In this document: positions 23,376-36,000 of the stretch, in pieces | Layout: the number at the start of each line of letters is the position of its first letter | Position numbering within the stretch: position 1 is the first letter of the stretch | Assembly: GCA_907165135.1 (NCBI GenBank) | Contig: OU015568.1 | Coordinates: forward strand, 6,386,001-6,450,000 | Length of the DNA: 64,000 nt | Source: Oikopleura dioica | Lineage: Eukaryota > Animalia > Chordata | Direction of reading: 5' to 3' | Notes under the pieces: generated by a model | Told to the model about the DNA's origin: nothing | Database searches by the model: none | The model's input: the letters and a program-made list of their open reading frames with translations, nothing else | Program-made: the position numbers and the translations under genes

Positions 23376-24952
23376 TTATTCTGGTGCTTTATTCTGAGAA
23401 CTTTCGCCAGTAAATAAATGAGGATTTCGTAGTTTTATCGATGCAACACAAGTGACAGTGTGTATTCTCATGTCTCCATACGTTCCAAACGCCTTATTGC
23501 ATCCCTCACAATGGTAATACTCTATCTTCTGATGGAATCGTTGGTTGTGGGTAGTGAGCTTGTCTGCCGAGAAGAACCATTCGTCACAGTGCGCTTCTTC
23601 ACATTCGAAGAGCTGGATGTTTAGATGACGGAGGACGTGATGATCGTAGCGGTTTGTCTTGAAGAGGTATCTGAAATTCGGGTAAGTTGATGGCCTTTGC
23701 AGAGCTTTCTCGAGATAAAGACTCTGTTCCATGAATCTCGGGTTCAGAGGATTTCTGCGCTCGACCAATCAGAGGCAGGATGGAAAGATTCTTTATCATG
23801 AGGAGCTCCTGTAAGAATTGTGTTTACCTGGCTCCGCAAAATTTACAAGTGTCAAGGTCATTAGAATGGATTCGCCGATGATACTCGCGTCTAGTATTAT
23901 CCCTCAGAACGCCATTACAGCTCTCGACTTCGCACAGCATTTGATCGATTTCGTCCCTTTTAATCATCTTGCTGAGTTTTTTTCTCGCTGTTCCATGAAA
24001 CTGGCTGCTATGTTTGTTCAACGCTTGTTTACTGTATCCAACATAGTGGCAGTCTTTATGCTTGCAGGGGTGGGCGCCGTAGTCATGGAATACTTGGCAA
24101 TGATAAGTGAGACAATCCGGTTTGTGCGCTGTCCGGAACGTGCATCCTTTCCCGGCTGTGCAGTGGATTTCCGGGAGTTCACCACCTTTATAGTCATCGA
24201 ATAGACTTCGGACATGGTAGAGGATCTTTATGTTTTCGCGGGGCACGCCCATTTCTATCAGTCGATCCCAATACTCGGCTGGAACTTCGGTCTTGACGGA
24301 GAATGCTCCCAGCTCGCTTTGTATAGTTTAATTATGAAAAATTAACGAAAAGATACGTTGAAATTTTACTAATATGATAATACTCGAAAAATTTAAACCA
24401 TTGCCTTGTTTTCGTGCTTTCTTTTTCAGGCATTCCCTTTTTTGAGCCCTTATTTATCGGAATCAGACGATCGACGATTTCACCAGCGTCGCTGCTAGAA
24501 TCCTCCAAATCCCGACGTTGGGGAGGACGCTGAATAGCAAAACTCAACTGGGTTGTAGTTTCGGCAGGTTCGGAATCTGGCAGTTCGCAATTTTCTTGCT
24601 TCTTTTTCTTCTTGTGTTTCCTCTTCTTTTTCTTGATTATTTCAACTGTTCGTTCAGTTTCTTGAGTCTCGGGGCTGGGCTCTTTTGATTTTTTCTTCTT
24701 CTTTCTTTTCTTGCGCCTTTCTCGTGATTCCTCTTCATGATCTTCTCTTGGTTCGTGATAATAGTCGACTCTGAACTCTGCTGCTGGCGTTTTCTTGTGC
24801 TTTTTGAGTTTTTTCTTCTTTTTCTCTGGCGCTTCTTGATCTATTTCATGATCTGCGTTTCGCTTTTTGCCGCTTTTGTGGTCGATTTCTGGAGCAAGTG
24901 GGGATTCGGACTTCCTCTTCTTTTTCTTTTTCCGTTTTTTGTCCGATGACAT
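23376..24952 (-). CDS. Lys-rich nuclear protein with several C2H2-type zinc fingers
   Basis: ATG at 24952 after an AG acceptor. KKRKKKKK-rich exon, then fingers CPHKDCHYVGYSKQALNKHSSQFH, CEEAHCDEWFFSADKLTTHNQRFH and CEGCNKAFGTYGDMRIH. Joining the Lys-rich exon to the finger exons is an inference. Confidence 0.7.
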
Positions 24953-25115
24953 TATTTCTGAATGATGGAAATTGGCAGATTTTCCATTGACTATCAGTTT
25001 TATCAGTACAATCACGAGTACAATAAATAAATTAACGACAGAAGGAGGTATTTTCGAGGTAATCTTGCATTCTAATCAAAAACTTTATGTACAGTGAATT
25101 CGTATATACTATAGT

Positions 25116-26132
25116 CTATTCAACCGAGCTCCAGAATTCTTCGAGAATACGGGCTGTTTCTTTTGCTTGGGGGAGGAAAAAGTGATGGTTTCCGGGTAAA
25201 AACACTTCAGTCGTATTCTTCTTCTTCCTTATTTCTTCGCTGAATTGTTGAACACCAGGAATATCAAAAAGTGCCATAGTTGGATTGTTTGGATCAACGC
25301 CGCCGAATGGGTTGCTATCTTTGCCGATTATTCTCAATATTGGCATGTCAAGGTGATCTAGCAAATATTCGTTTTCGGACGCTAGAAACGAAGGGTAGTT
25401 TGGAATCAGCATCGGTCCATTGAGGCGAATGTCTCGGGCGAAATGACCGCCAGTCTTTTCTTCGTTCCATTTTACGCCGCGCTCGAGCCAGAGATCTTGA
25501 AATTCCGACGGAATCGTACTTTTTTGGAGGCGTTTCTTGAGCTCCTCTCTTGAAATAATCTTGGGATTCGCATCTGGCTTACTATCAAAAATATATATTT
25601 CCCGATCATCTAGAATAAAGCATTACCTGTGATAAGTTCCTTCTAGCGCTTTTCTCTGCGTGAATAAATACATATTGTTGGCGATTGTTATGACGCCATG
25701 AGCATCAAGAATAGTAAAGCTCTGAACATCATCAGAACTGACCGCTAAACTTGGCGTCAACGAGTTTCCAGAGAAGCTGTGTCCGACGAAATGATACTTT
25801 CCGTAGTCCATCCGATCGAGAATTTCAATCATGAACTTTGGCAGTTCTGAGTGACTGTAATTCCAGGGCCAAGAGACGTGGTCTGAGTGTCCGTGACCTG
25901 GGAGGTCGATGGCGAGGACTTCAACGTCGGATCTTGTCATGTGAGAGATCATCGGCTCGAAGACTGCGAGATGATCCATCCAACCATGCAGGAGCACTGC
26001 ACTAGAGTAAGATACAGTTACAAATAGTGAGGAAGTAATAGTATACCGTTGCGGCGCTCCCTGGTTCCAAATTTTGTAAGCTACATTACCCCAGGTGCAC
26101 TTGAGAAAACCCTCTTTCGCGACTCGATTCAT
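25116..26132 (-). CDS. Alpha/beta hydrolase, serine hydrolase-like (SERHL-type), copy 2
   Basis: LLHGWMD oxyanion motif, IDLPGHGHSDH, nucleophile FVGHSFSG, catalytic His in PGNHHFFL. Confidence 0.85.
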
Positions 26133-26216
26133 CTCCTTCTAAGAAAGAAAAATTGTTCAATTGTTCGAATAATTGTACTTAAAATTGAAGAATCAGGGAA
26201 AAATTGACAGAATAAA

Positions 26217-27236
26217 TTAAGCTCGTTCAACTGAGTCCCAGAATAGCTCGATTTCTTTCGCTACATTTTCTGCTTGTTCGAGAAAGAAATGATGATTTCC
26301 AGGCATAACGATGTCTTTGACGTTTGGTTTCTTCGACAACTCGTCGCTAAATCTCAAGCATCCTACAGCGTCAAAATCTTTCATGTTTTTAATTCTAGGA
26401 TCCAATCCACCATACGGCCTCGGACTACCGCTCAGACTTTCTTCGCCGCTTATTCTCAAGATCGGCAACGTCAACTGTTCGAGTAAATGATCCTCTCTTC
26501 CGAGAAATGCCGGGAAGTTGGGGATGAACATGTTGCCGTTCAACCTCACATCTCGAGAGAAATGACCATGAGTTTTTGCTTCATTCCAGCGGACTCCGCG
26601 CTCTAGCCAGAGGTCTTGAAAGTCAGGTGGGATGGAACTCTTCTGAAGGCGTTTTTTCAGCTCTTCTCTCGAGTAGATTTTTGGGTTCGCGACTTTTTTG
26701 CTTTTCATGCTTTCAAATAGTTCGTTCTTTTCATAGTGTAACACTTCTTTTTACAGTGATCCTTTTACAAGCATTTTTCCTATGGTAACTTGCCTCGAGA
26801 TTCTCCCTCTGCGATTTTATGTACGTATCGTCTCTAACTGTCAAAACACCGTGTACATCGAGAATTGTAAAGCTTTGAACTTCGTCGGAACTCACCGCCA
26901 AGCTTGGTGTAACCGAGTTCCCTGAAAAACTATGCCCAACATAATGATATTTCGTGTAGTTCATTCGGTCCAAAATCTCAAAAACGTATTTCGGTAGTTC
27001 GGAATGACTGTAATTCCAGGGCCAAGAAACATGGTCCGAAAAGCCATGGCCCGGTAGATCAGCTGCGAATATTTCAACGTCTGTTCGTTTCAAATGCGAA
27101 ATAAGGGGCTCAAATAAACCAAGGTTGTCCATCCAGCCATGCAAGAACACCGCGCTAGAATAAGTAAAAAGGGGCATAAAAGGCTGCAAAACCGTTGTTT
27201 CTTCTTTTACTTGCCTTCTTTTACTGCTCGACTCAT
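26217..27236 (-). CDS. Alpha/beta hydrolase, serine hydrolase-like (SERHL-type), copy 1 (N-terminally shortened)
   Basis: FLHGWMDN, ADLPGHGFSDH, YVGHSFSG, PGNHHFFL. Tandem paralog of 25116-26132. ATG at 27236 placed by alignment with the paralog. Confidence 0.85.
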
Positions 27237-27659
27237 GCAACTCGACTCTTCTAAGAAAATACACTAATATGCTTGAAATTCCATCTGATTTGGAACAGCA
27301 TTTCAAGCTTGAAAAGATAGAACTTTGAATTTTATTCTTGTTAGGGACGACACACGAAATTCATTTCGAGGGCTTTAGTTGAAGCTAAATTTTGATGCTT
27401 TCAAATTTAGCAGGAAAGCGTCAGAATACTAATAAATAGATAAAACATACTTATGAACTTCCGGAGAGAATTTGCACTTTTAATAAATAGGAAAAGACGA
27501 AATCTACAAGTAACCTACTGAACTTAACAAACTATTGTCTGGGAACGGATAGATTTGTCTTTGTTGGGAATATTTTTACTATGAACAGGTGACAATAGAA
27601 TTACGTTAGCAACAGGTATGGTACAGGCAGAAGACGTTTTTATTTAGTGTTGAATGCGT

Positions 27660-29852
27660 CTAGTAGACTCGGAGAGTTGGTGGAACGGAGGCGCATTCTT
27701 CTTCGTTGAGGGTGTTGTCGATGACGCCTCGGTAGTGAAGAGTGACCTTGGGAAATCGGGTAAAATATCGATGGAAAATGGGCGATTTACCTTTCCAGTC
27801 TCGGGGTCGATGAGAGACATAGTGTGCTTTCGCCAGTGCTCTTCCATTGGTTTTTCGGTCTGACCTTCGAGGGGCTTGGAATAGTCGAATTCATCAACTC
27901 GGTCCTGGAAAAGAAGACATCAGGATATGATCGAGAAATCAAGCTTTACCTGGAAGTCCTCTCGGGCGTGCGCGCCTCGGGATTCTTTTCGAGCGCAAGC
28001 AGATTCCATGGTCATTCGAGCGTTGATCATCAAGTTCTGGAGTTCGAGAGATTCGATCAAGTCAGTGTTCCAGATCTAAATTGATTTCAATCAAGGAAAA
28101 TGCCAAAAGGAAGAAATTTTACCATTCCTCGGTCATAGACTTTCATGTTCTTCATGTCATCGTAGACTTCCTGGGTGAGTTCGCAGCCTTCTTCGAGGGT
28201 ATCAGCGGTTCGGAAGACAGCAGCGTTGTTCTGCATAACCTTCTGCATTTGAGTTCGGAGGGCAGCGGTGTTGATCTCACCATCGGCCATTCGGATCTAG
28301 GACGAATAAATGATGGTTAAAATAAAAATTCTCTTACTCGATCAATGTTAGCAATAGATTCTTCACCATCAGTAGGCTTGACTGGAGTGAAGTCATCACC
28401 AGGCTTGCATTCTTCAGTGATGGTATGAGCACAAGCTCGGCCAAAGACAACCAAATCGAGAAGAGAGTTGGCTCCGAGTCGGTTGGCACCGTGGACGGAA
28501 GCGCAAGCAGTTTCACCAGCAGCGTAGAGGCCGCCGACGATCTTGTCGTTGCCGTTCTGGTCGAGGGTGAGGACCTGGCCCTTCCAGTTGGTGGGAACGC
28601 CACCCATGTTGTAGTGGACGGTTGGGAGGACGGGAATGGGTTCCTTGGTGACATCGACGCCAGCGAAGATCTTGGCGGTCTCGGAGATACCAGGAAGTCG
28701 AGTGTTGAGCTGTTCGACTGGAAGATGGTGGAGCTGGAGGTAGACGTGATCCTTGTCCTGGCCAACACCTCGACCGGCTCGGATTTCCATGGTAGAAGCT
28801 CGGGAGACAACGTCTCGAGAGGCAAGATCCTTGGCAGTTGGGGCGTATCGCTCCATGTATCGCTCACCCTCGGAGTTGATGAGGATACCACCTTCACCTC
28901 GGCAGCCTTCGGTGATCAAGCAACCAGCGCCGTAGATACCGGTAGGGTGGAACTGGACGAATTCGAGATCGGAGTTGTAAAGACCAGCACGGGAGACCAT
29001 GGACATACCGTCACCAGTACAGGCGTGAGCGGAAGTGCACGATTGCCAGGCTCGGCCGTAACCGCCAGTGGCGAGGACGGTGTTCTTAGCGTTGAATCGA
29101 TGGATGGTTCCGTCTTCCATGCAGATGGCCATGCAACCAATGCAGTTGCCCTCGTCGTCCATGATCAAATCGGTGGCGAAGTACTCGATGAAATAGGCGG
29201 TATCGTAGTAAAGCGATCGGCCGTAAAGAGTATGGAGAAGGGAGTGACCGGTTCGGTCGGCGACACAGCAGCATCGATGGGCCTGGCCACCCTTGCCGTA
29301 CTTGAGAGACTGACCACCGAAAGCTCGCTGGTAGATCTTTCCTTCGGGAGTTCGGGAGAAGGGCATTCCGTAGTTTTCGAGTTCGATGACGGCATCGGGA
29401 GCTTCTCGAGTCATGTAGTGAATGGCGTCCTGGTCACCGAGCCAATCGGAACCCTTGACAGTGTCGTACATGTGGTACTTCCAGCTGTCTTCTTCCATAT
29501 TGCCGAGAGCGGCGTTGATTCCACCCTGGGCGGCGACGGTGTGGGATCGAGTAGGGAAAAGCTGGAAAAGAGAGGTTGAAAGAGGGAAAGGTGAGGATAG
29601 ATTTTTACCTTAGTGATGCAAGCAGTGTGGAAACCAGCTTCAGAGAGACCGAAAGCGGCGCGGAGACCAGCTCCACCAGCACCGATGACGAGAGCATCGA
29701 ATTTGTGGTCAATGATTTCATAAGAGTTGGCAACCTGGAGACGTTTATTAGGGAGGAAAAGGGGATGAATGAACTCTGACCTTTTGCTGACCAACGACGG
29801 AGGAGGATCGGCCGGCGAAATGAAGCCCCCGACGAGCGACTTTATGGATCAT
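27660..29852 (-). CDS. SDHA: Succinate dehydrogenase flavoprotein subunit, mitochondrial
   Basis: Presequence [17 protein letters not shown] (ATG 29852), [48 protein letters not shown]-terminus PPTLRVY* (stop 27660-27662). Confidence 0.97.
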
Positions 29853-30173
29853 CCTCTCTAAATTAATATTTTTTGCTCTTTTGTAGATTTTGATTCCCCT
29901 TATTTTTGAAACCGCGAGGACTGAAAGCGCGCAAGAATGAGGTAACTGTGACGTAATTCATTGACAGAATATGCTGGAGATCAGCGCCGCGAGCAGTAAA
30001 GGCTTTACTGTAAAGCGAAGCTCGAGGACCAATCGATGCCCCGGGAGAATCGGAAAGAAGAAAAAACGGTGGTGGAGTTTGTTTTGCCGCGATTTTTTGA
30101 CAAGATAAATGAAGAAAATGGGTTCACGCAAAGGGAGTAAGGCAGTAGTGATAACTTGGAAGTTATAAGAAGG

Positions 30174-31493
30174 TTATGTAAGAGTATGATTCTCTTCGTC
30201 TTTTTCGCGTAATTTCAAGTGCAGCGAAATCTCATGATTCGACGATGTTTTTCCTGAAAAACGAGTTAACTGACCGTTTTATAAAAGGAAAGTGAGCCCA
30301 AACCTTTAAAAAGCGCTATCCACGGGTCAAACATCTGCTCAGCGTAAATTTCTTTGTGTGATTTTTGACTGATGATTCGGTAGACTTCCTCCGACGTTCC
30401 GGTTTTTTGAAGATTGAGGATAAAGACGAGGTTTGTTCGTTTGGCGATTTTGCGAAGAATGTGCATGAAGGAAAGAGGAGCATCTTTGTTCACCGCGAAT
30501 TGAGATGCTGGGTAGAACAGGTTTTCCAAGCCTTTTCTATGGTTTTTAAAATTATATTCAAAACATCATATCAACCGCTATCTTCATTTCCGACTTCAGT
30601 ACCGATGAAAAACCCTAGCCATGAGCAAAACAACCTTCAAATTGTGATGCCACAACGTAACTTTGTTAATAACATCTTTTTGAAGCACATTCTACTGATT
30701 CAAGTTTTGAAAATTAAAAATTTGATGATCCGAAATTACAGAGCTTTGATCCCTTCAGTATTCTAGAGATACTCAAAGAAAATCAAAAATTCAAAACTCG
30801 AATGACAAAAACCGCAGCGTCTCGGCAAATGTCCCCAGCGAGTAAACATTTACGTTCAATAAAGCATCGTCGTTTTTCGGAAGAAAAAGGCCGCTGTTCA
30901 AAGTTTCGCCGATGCAAGTCGCGAATCTCGCCGAAAACTCTTCCATGATTTCACTCATCAGTTCTTTCACCATGTCGTGTTCTCCTTCGTGCTGCGAGAA
31001 GAGTACGATCTCTCCGGGAGTGAATCCGCCTTCGAGGTAGTCGTTTATTCCTTCTTCCAAGCATTCGATTTTTTCGGGATCTTCTGGGAGCAATTTTGGT
31101 GGGCGGAGGAATTCAGAGTTTTGGAGGAAATAATCGCGCATTTGAAGGATTTGCTTGATTGTCAAATTGCATGACTCATCTAGCTAGAAATAAAGTTTTA
31201 TCGAAACGCCTCAAAGTTCTCTCAGAAGAACCCTGAGTCAGGTTTTTACATTGCGAGCCCAGATAATTTTTTTGTAATAAATAAATTACGAATATTAATC
31301 ATAAGATGAGTTCTATTATTAAATAATGATAATCTCAGAAAAATAATTTATTAAAAAAATATTTTCATAAAAATAAATTAACCTGTGTAAGCGAAGCCCT
31401 TAAAAAATCAGCAGCATTCTCTATTCCTTTATTCGCCAATGACTGTATATCTTCATCTTTCAAAAACGGAAACTGTCTCTTATCAAAAAACAT
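30174..31493 (-). CDS. Highly divergent RAD51 paralog, RAD51D-like (multi-exon)
   Basis: Exon 1 (31493-31383) MFFDKRQFPFLKDEDIQSLANKGIENAADFLRASLTQ splices in phase 0 to exon 2 (from 31183), ...INDYLEGGFTPGEIVLF.... A later exon has LRKIAKRTNLVFILN. These match the RAD51D pattern as I recall it (LCPGLTEEMIQLL...IKTVVDL; LDKLLDAGLYTGEVTEI; LKTLARDLGMAVVVTN). The 3' end is approximate. Confidence 0.6.
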
Positions 31494-31771
31494 TCAATTT
31501 TTCTGAAAACTCTTGAAGAATGGTTCGCGCGGCGCAGAAGGAAAAATATGACTCATCGCGCGCGCCAGTTACGTAACACTTCTGAAAAATTGAAATTGAG
31601 AGAAAGATTGAATAAAAACGATGGAAAGAGAGATACAGTCGGAAATCGAAGAATACAGGGCGAAATGCGAGGCTTTGAAGAGTACTTGGCTGGCGGCCAA
31701 TCAGAATTTTCTTTACTTTCAGGTTTGCTAAATTTATTTTTTTTTATTTTATCAATTTTTTACTGAAGAAA

Positions 31772-32926
31772 ATGGCATCAGAAGATCTCGAGCAAGCGAA
31801 ACAAATCATGACCGAATCGCAGCTAGAAACCTGGGAGAACCTCCGGAAGCGGGATACTGTCACTGAAGGAAGAAGGGATAGTTACAGTGTCTACGCCAAC
31901 GGAGAAACTATTCCAGAGCCAAAGAATCAAGAAGAAGAGGAAGAAGAAAAGTCAAAATTCAAGCTCGTGAAAAAGTCAGAAATCGACGCGCTAGAATCTC
32001 GCCTCCAAGATCTCAACGGCAAAATACAAGCGATCGGGGATGTTGATTTGAAAAGAACAAATTGTGAAATCGAGAAGACAGAGAGTTCCATTGAAAATCT
32101 TTACGCCTTGCTAGAATTTGAAAATTCTATTTACGAAAGAGAACTGGAGAATTACTCGGAAATTGAGACGAATTTCAGGGACCTAGAAGAAGCTGTCCAG
32201 GTACAGAAAAGTTCATTTTTTTTCTCCAAAAGAGGGACCCATTTTTCTAGGATCGAGTAGAAGAACTTTCTTTGGAATTCAACGCCTCTGAGAAATTCCG
32301 CCAACTGCGAGAATACGACGAAATCATCAATCGAAACAAACGAGCTATCCATGAGCGTCTTGAAAAAATTCGAGAATCGCGAAAAAGCCAAAAGCGCGAA
32401 GCAGAAAACGCTCGAAAAGAAGCAAGAATCGCCGCACTCGCCCGGAGCGAGTTTCAAAACATTCCAGAAGCGAAGATGAGCTTTTTGAACGCGTCGCATG
32501 CGAAACAACGGCTGGAGATCATTTTGGCCACGGAGGTTTCTTCCAGGGAAAAATTGGAGAAGGTCTTTTTGGATGATAGAGCCGGAATTGAGGAAAATAT
32601 TAACAAAATGCTCGTAAGTTTTTTCAGGCTTTTTTTTATATTGAAAATGGGTAGATTCGGCCAGCGAGGGCTACTTTGGGAGGTATATTTTCAGTGATAA
32701 TTTTCAGATAGACGCGCACGAGCGAGAATCCGCCCACAAAGAAAAACTCGACAAGCTCGAACAACTCGTCGCCGAAGAAAAACAGTTCCACGAAGCCCAA
32801 TCCATCGAGCGATCCTGGCATCAGGAAAACCTTGAGAAGCTGAAAAAAGATTATCTTCGGAAGAAAAAAGAGAAAGAAGTGAAGATCAAAAATCTAACTG
32901 CCGAAATTCATTTGTACAAAAACTAA
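31772..32926 (+). CDS. Coiled-coil protein of unknown family
   Basis: Three exons of Glu/Lys-rich heptads (ORFs 31772-32260 and 32272-32697, last exon ending YKN* at 32924-32926). The 5' end is uncertain. Confidence 0.65.
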
Positions 32927-33006
32927 AAGTACCTGTTTGAAACAGGCTGTTTCTTCAATAAATTCAGAAAAACAAGAATCGCGGGTAACGATTTGATGTT
33001 TTTAGA

Positions 33007-36000
33007 ATGGACGATCCAGACAGTTGGGATGAGAACATACACGTCCCTTACGAGTTTAGTTTTGACGGGATGAAGCCAGATCCACGAGCGAAATTGCGAT
33101 CATCAGATGTCGAGCCATTAATTAAGGCGCTAGAACAATCGGATGTGCGAATCAACAACCACTTCCCGATCAACCTGTCGGAGAACGACCAATTATACAC
33201 GGAGCTGGTGAAATTCGTCTACAACAAGTCCAAAAACATCATCGAAACGCCCGACTCCTTGGAAAACGTCGGGATCAATTTGAACGAAGATCAAGTGAAA
33301 GACATCACCTACAAACTCACCTCCGTCATTTTGAACACTTCCGACCCTGTTGACGAACTCAATAAGCTCTCCCTACGAGACCAGCCTTCGAACGTCTGCG
33401 GCCGCATTTTCGCCCGAGGCGAGTACCTCTACACTTGCAAGGACTGCGGCGTTGATCCGACCTGTGTCATGTGCCCAGCCTGTTTCAACGCTTCCGAACA
33501 CGTGAACCATCGTTACAGAGTCTCGCGATCAGGGGGTGGTGGAGGAACTTGCGATTGTGGCGATCTGGAAGCTTGGAAAGAACATCCAGCGTGTCGGAAT
33601 CACTCGAAAAAGGCCCAGACAGAAGTTTCTGATGGAGACAAAGATCTGCGAAAGAGAATCAAAACCTTGTTCGCTCAAGTTCTTCGACTAGCTGTGGAAA
33701 TCTTGTACTCTGATATTTGCAGAACCGACGATGTTTCTGGCGCTTTAAAATCGATCATTGAACAGTGGGAAGTTGTGAAAACCGAGGAGGAGGAATGCGC
33801 GTTGATTTTATACAACGACGAGGTGCATTCATATGACGAGGTCGAACGAATGCTCAAAATGGCAGTGCAAGCAAACTCCGAACAAGCCCATACTTACGCA
33901 ACTCACATCGACAAGAGAGGAAGAACCAGTCTTCTTACAGGCAGCCGTGAAAAATGCGAAGAGGTGCTGAAAGTGATCAGAACTGGAAAAGACAAATTGA
34001 TAAAAATCAAGCTCCTCATCATCGATTCAAACATTCTAGCGCTGCAAGAAGTTGCATTCAAACTACTGAGCTGGATGAATTGGCTCTCGGGAAAGGGGGA
34101 AATTTTCAGGATGGTGGATTGAAATCATGGAAGAGAACTTCTTCTCCAAGTTTTCCCCTTTCTTTATTCTATAAAAAAAAGCTTGAATTATTAAAATCCA
34201 CTTGAAGAATCGCTTTTTGTGACGCTTATCTATCCTCTGGCTATTCAAAAAAGATAAAAGTTCGTAACGCCGAATTCTGGGAATACGAAAAAGATCAACC
34301 TTTTATCACACACATCATGATCTCGGACATTGGCACCTGGAAAGCTGTCCGCTCAATTATGATGAAAAACTTGCTCGAAACAATGCTCAAAGATCCCGAA
34401 AACAAAATGAAAGTAGCTCAGTTCTTCACAGAGCACTATCAAACGATTTACGACAACTTCTTCCACCGCGACGATCATGATCAGCAATTTTCATCGAGCT
34501 CGATTTCAGTTCAGATTTTCACCACACCGACGGTCGTAAAAGAACTGATGCAGTTCCACAAGCTGTTTGAGAAGATCGGCAAAATGACGTATGACTGGTA
34601 CTTTCCGACAAACAAGACTTCCGGAATGAGGGATCTCAAGAATCTAACAGAGAGAAGGCCGGGGAATCGGAGCAATTGCTATCCGATAGACATCACCTAC
34701 ATTCTCCACAACCCGCCGGTGACGGAAGACGAGCAGTTCAGAAAAACCATCAAGGAGGGCATCTTCTGGTTGCTGGAGATGTTCCGACTCTTCGAAGCGC
34801 GCGAGGGCGTAAAATGGTCCCACAAGCATCACGTCGAAGAAGAACCAGACTGGGAGAACTTAATGACCTTCATCTTCTCCGCTCAAGGAACTTATACAAA
34901 ACTTCTCCAGTGGGCGCGACGCGACGAGTATGTTTCAAATTACTGTATCGAGACGATTCTAGCACGGTATCTCGAAACAAGCAACGATGAGTTTCCTCCA
35001 AAGTCGTTCAACAGAAAAGTTCTCAACCAAATGTTCAATTTTATTCCGATCGATGTCCAGACTAAAAAAGTTCACATTTACAATATGTATTCGCGTATAT
35101 TTACTTATTGCATGTCATCGCCAGAAATCTCTTCAAAATATAATGAAAAACAAATTGCCTACAGGTAAATCCGATCATAAGTAAGAATACCGTCCTTATC
35201 AATCTTTCTAGTTGCCATAAGTCGATAGAATCTCTTTGCGTATCAGCCCAATCCAAAGCTGGTTTTTGGAAGAAAAATGGGCAGAGCCACCAGTTCACGA
35301 TGTTCTACTATTCTGACCAAAGATGTAAGCGCCTCCTCTTCAATATGGATCTCCAAGCTGCTCAGGTTCGTTCCTTAAAAAATCCCTTTCTCACTCTTTT
35401 TCCTCCAGTTGATGGTGAGTCAGCAAGACCCGAATGAATTCCTTGCCATGTTCATCGACGCCGTCGGACTCAACAATGCGTGGTTGTTCAACAACGATCC
35501 AGAAATCACTTCAGCTTCGATTTCCGAAGATACGAAATTCATTAAAAAGGATCAGTTGCTGAAGCAAATGGCGAAAGAGTCTACTTACATGCCCAGTTTG
35601 CTCGATGAATTCCTCTTGATCTTAATCCGCATTATCTCTGAACCTTTCATGGAAAACTCGACAATTTCAAGAGGGCAGCGGGTTCGAAGATCGTTGATTC
35701 ACATCCTGGCACTTGATTATCTTCCGTGGTCGAAAATCAAAAAGAAGCTCGATCACCAGTGGGACGCCGACGTGGCTTCAGAAGCAGAAGAACTTCTCGA
35801 AGAGCTGAGCCAATACAAGAATGTAAAAGGAGTTCGACATTATTCCCTGAAAGCAGTTTACGCAAAAGAGTGGGACCGATTCTACATCGGCTACGAAAAC
35901 GCGGAACAATCCAAGTCACTAGAACACGTCAATCACTTGTTGAAATCGGAACCGAAAGGGCTCAAGGACACCATTTTCATTCCTAAGAAACGTTTTGATC

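Noticed and set aside
26731-27306. ORF-track N-terminus MKCCSKSDG... for hydrolase copy 1
   Set aside because: It reads through upstream non-coding sequence and an intron; alignment with the paralog places the ATG at 27236.
27644-27847. ORF-track C-terminus of SDHA ending RRIQH
   Set aside because: Wrong frame after an intron; the conserved end PPTLRVY* is in another frame (stop 27660).
28425-29579. 384 aa plus-strand ORF antisense to SDHA
   Set aside because: Shadow ORF from the strong codon bias of SDHA; no recognisable motifs.
31381-31390. RAD51D-like exon 1 donor (ACACAG|GT) resembling the MITE terminus acacaggt
   Set aside because: Only about 8-9 bp match with no partner arm; probably chance.
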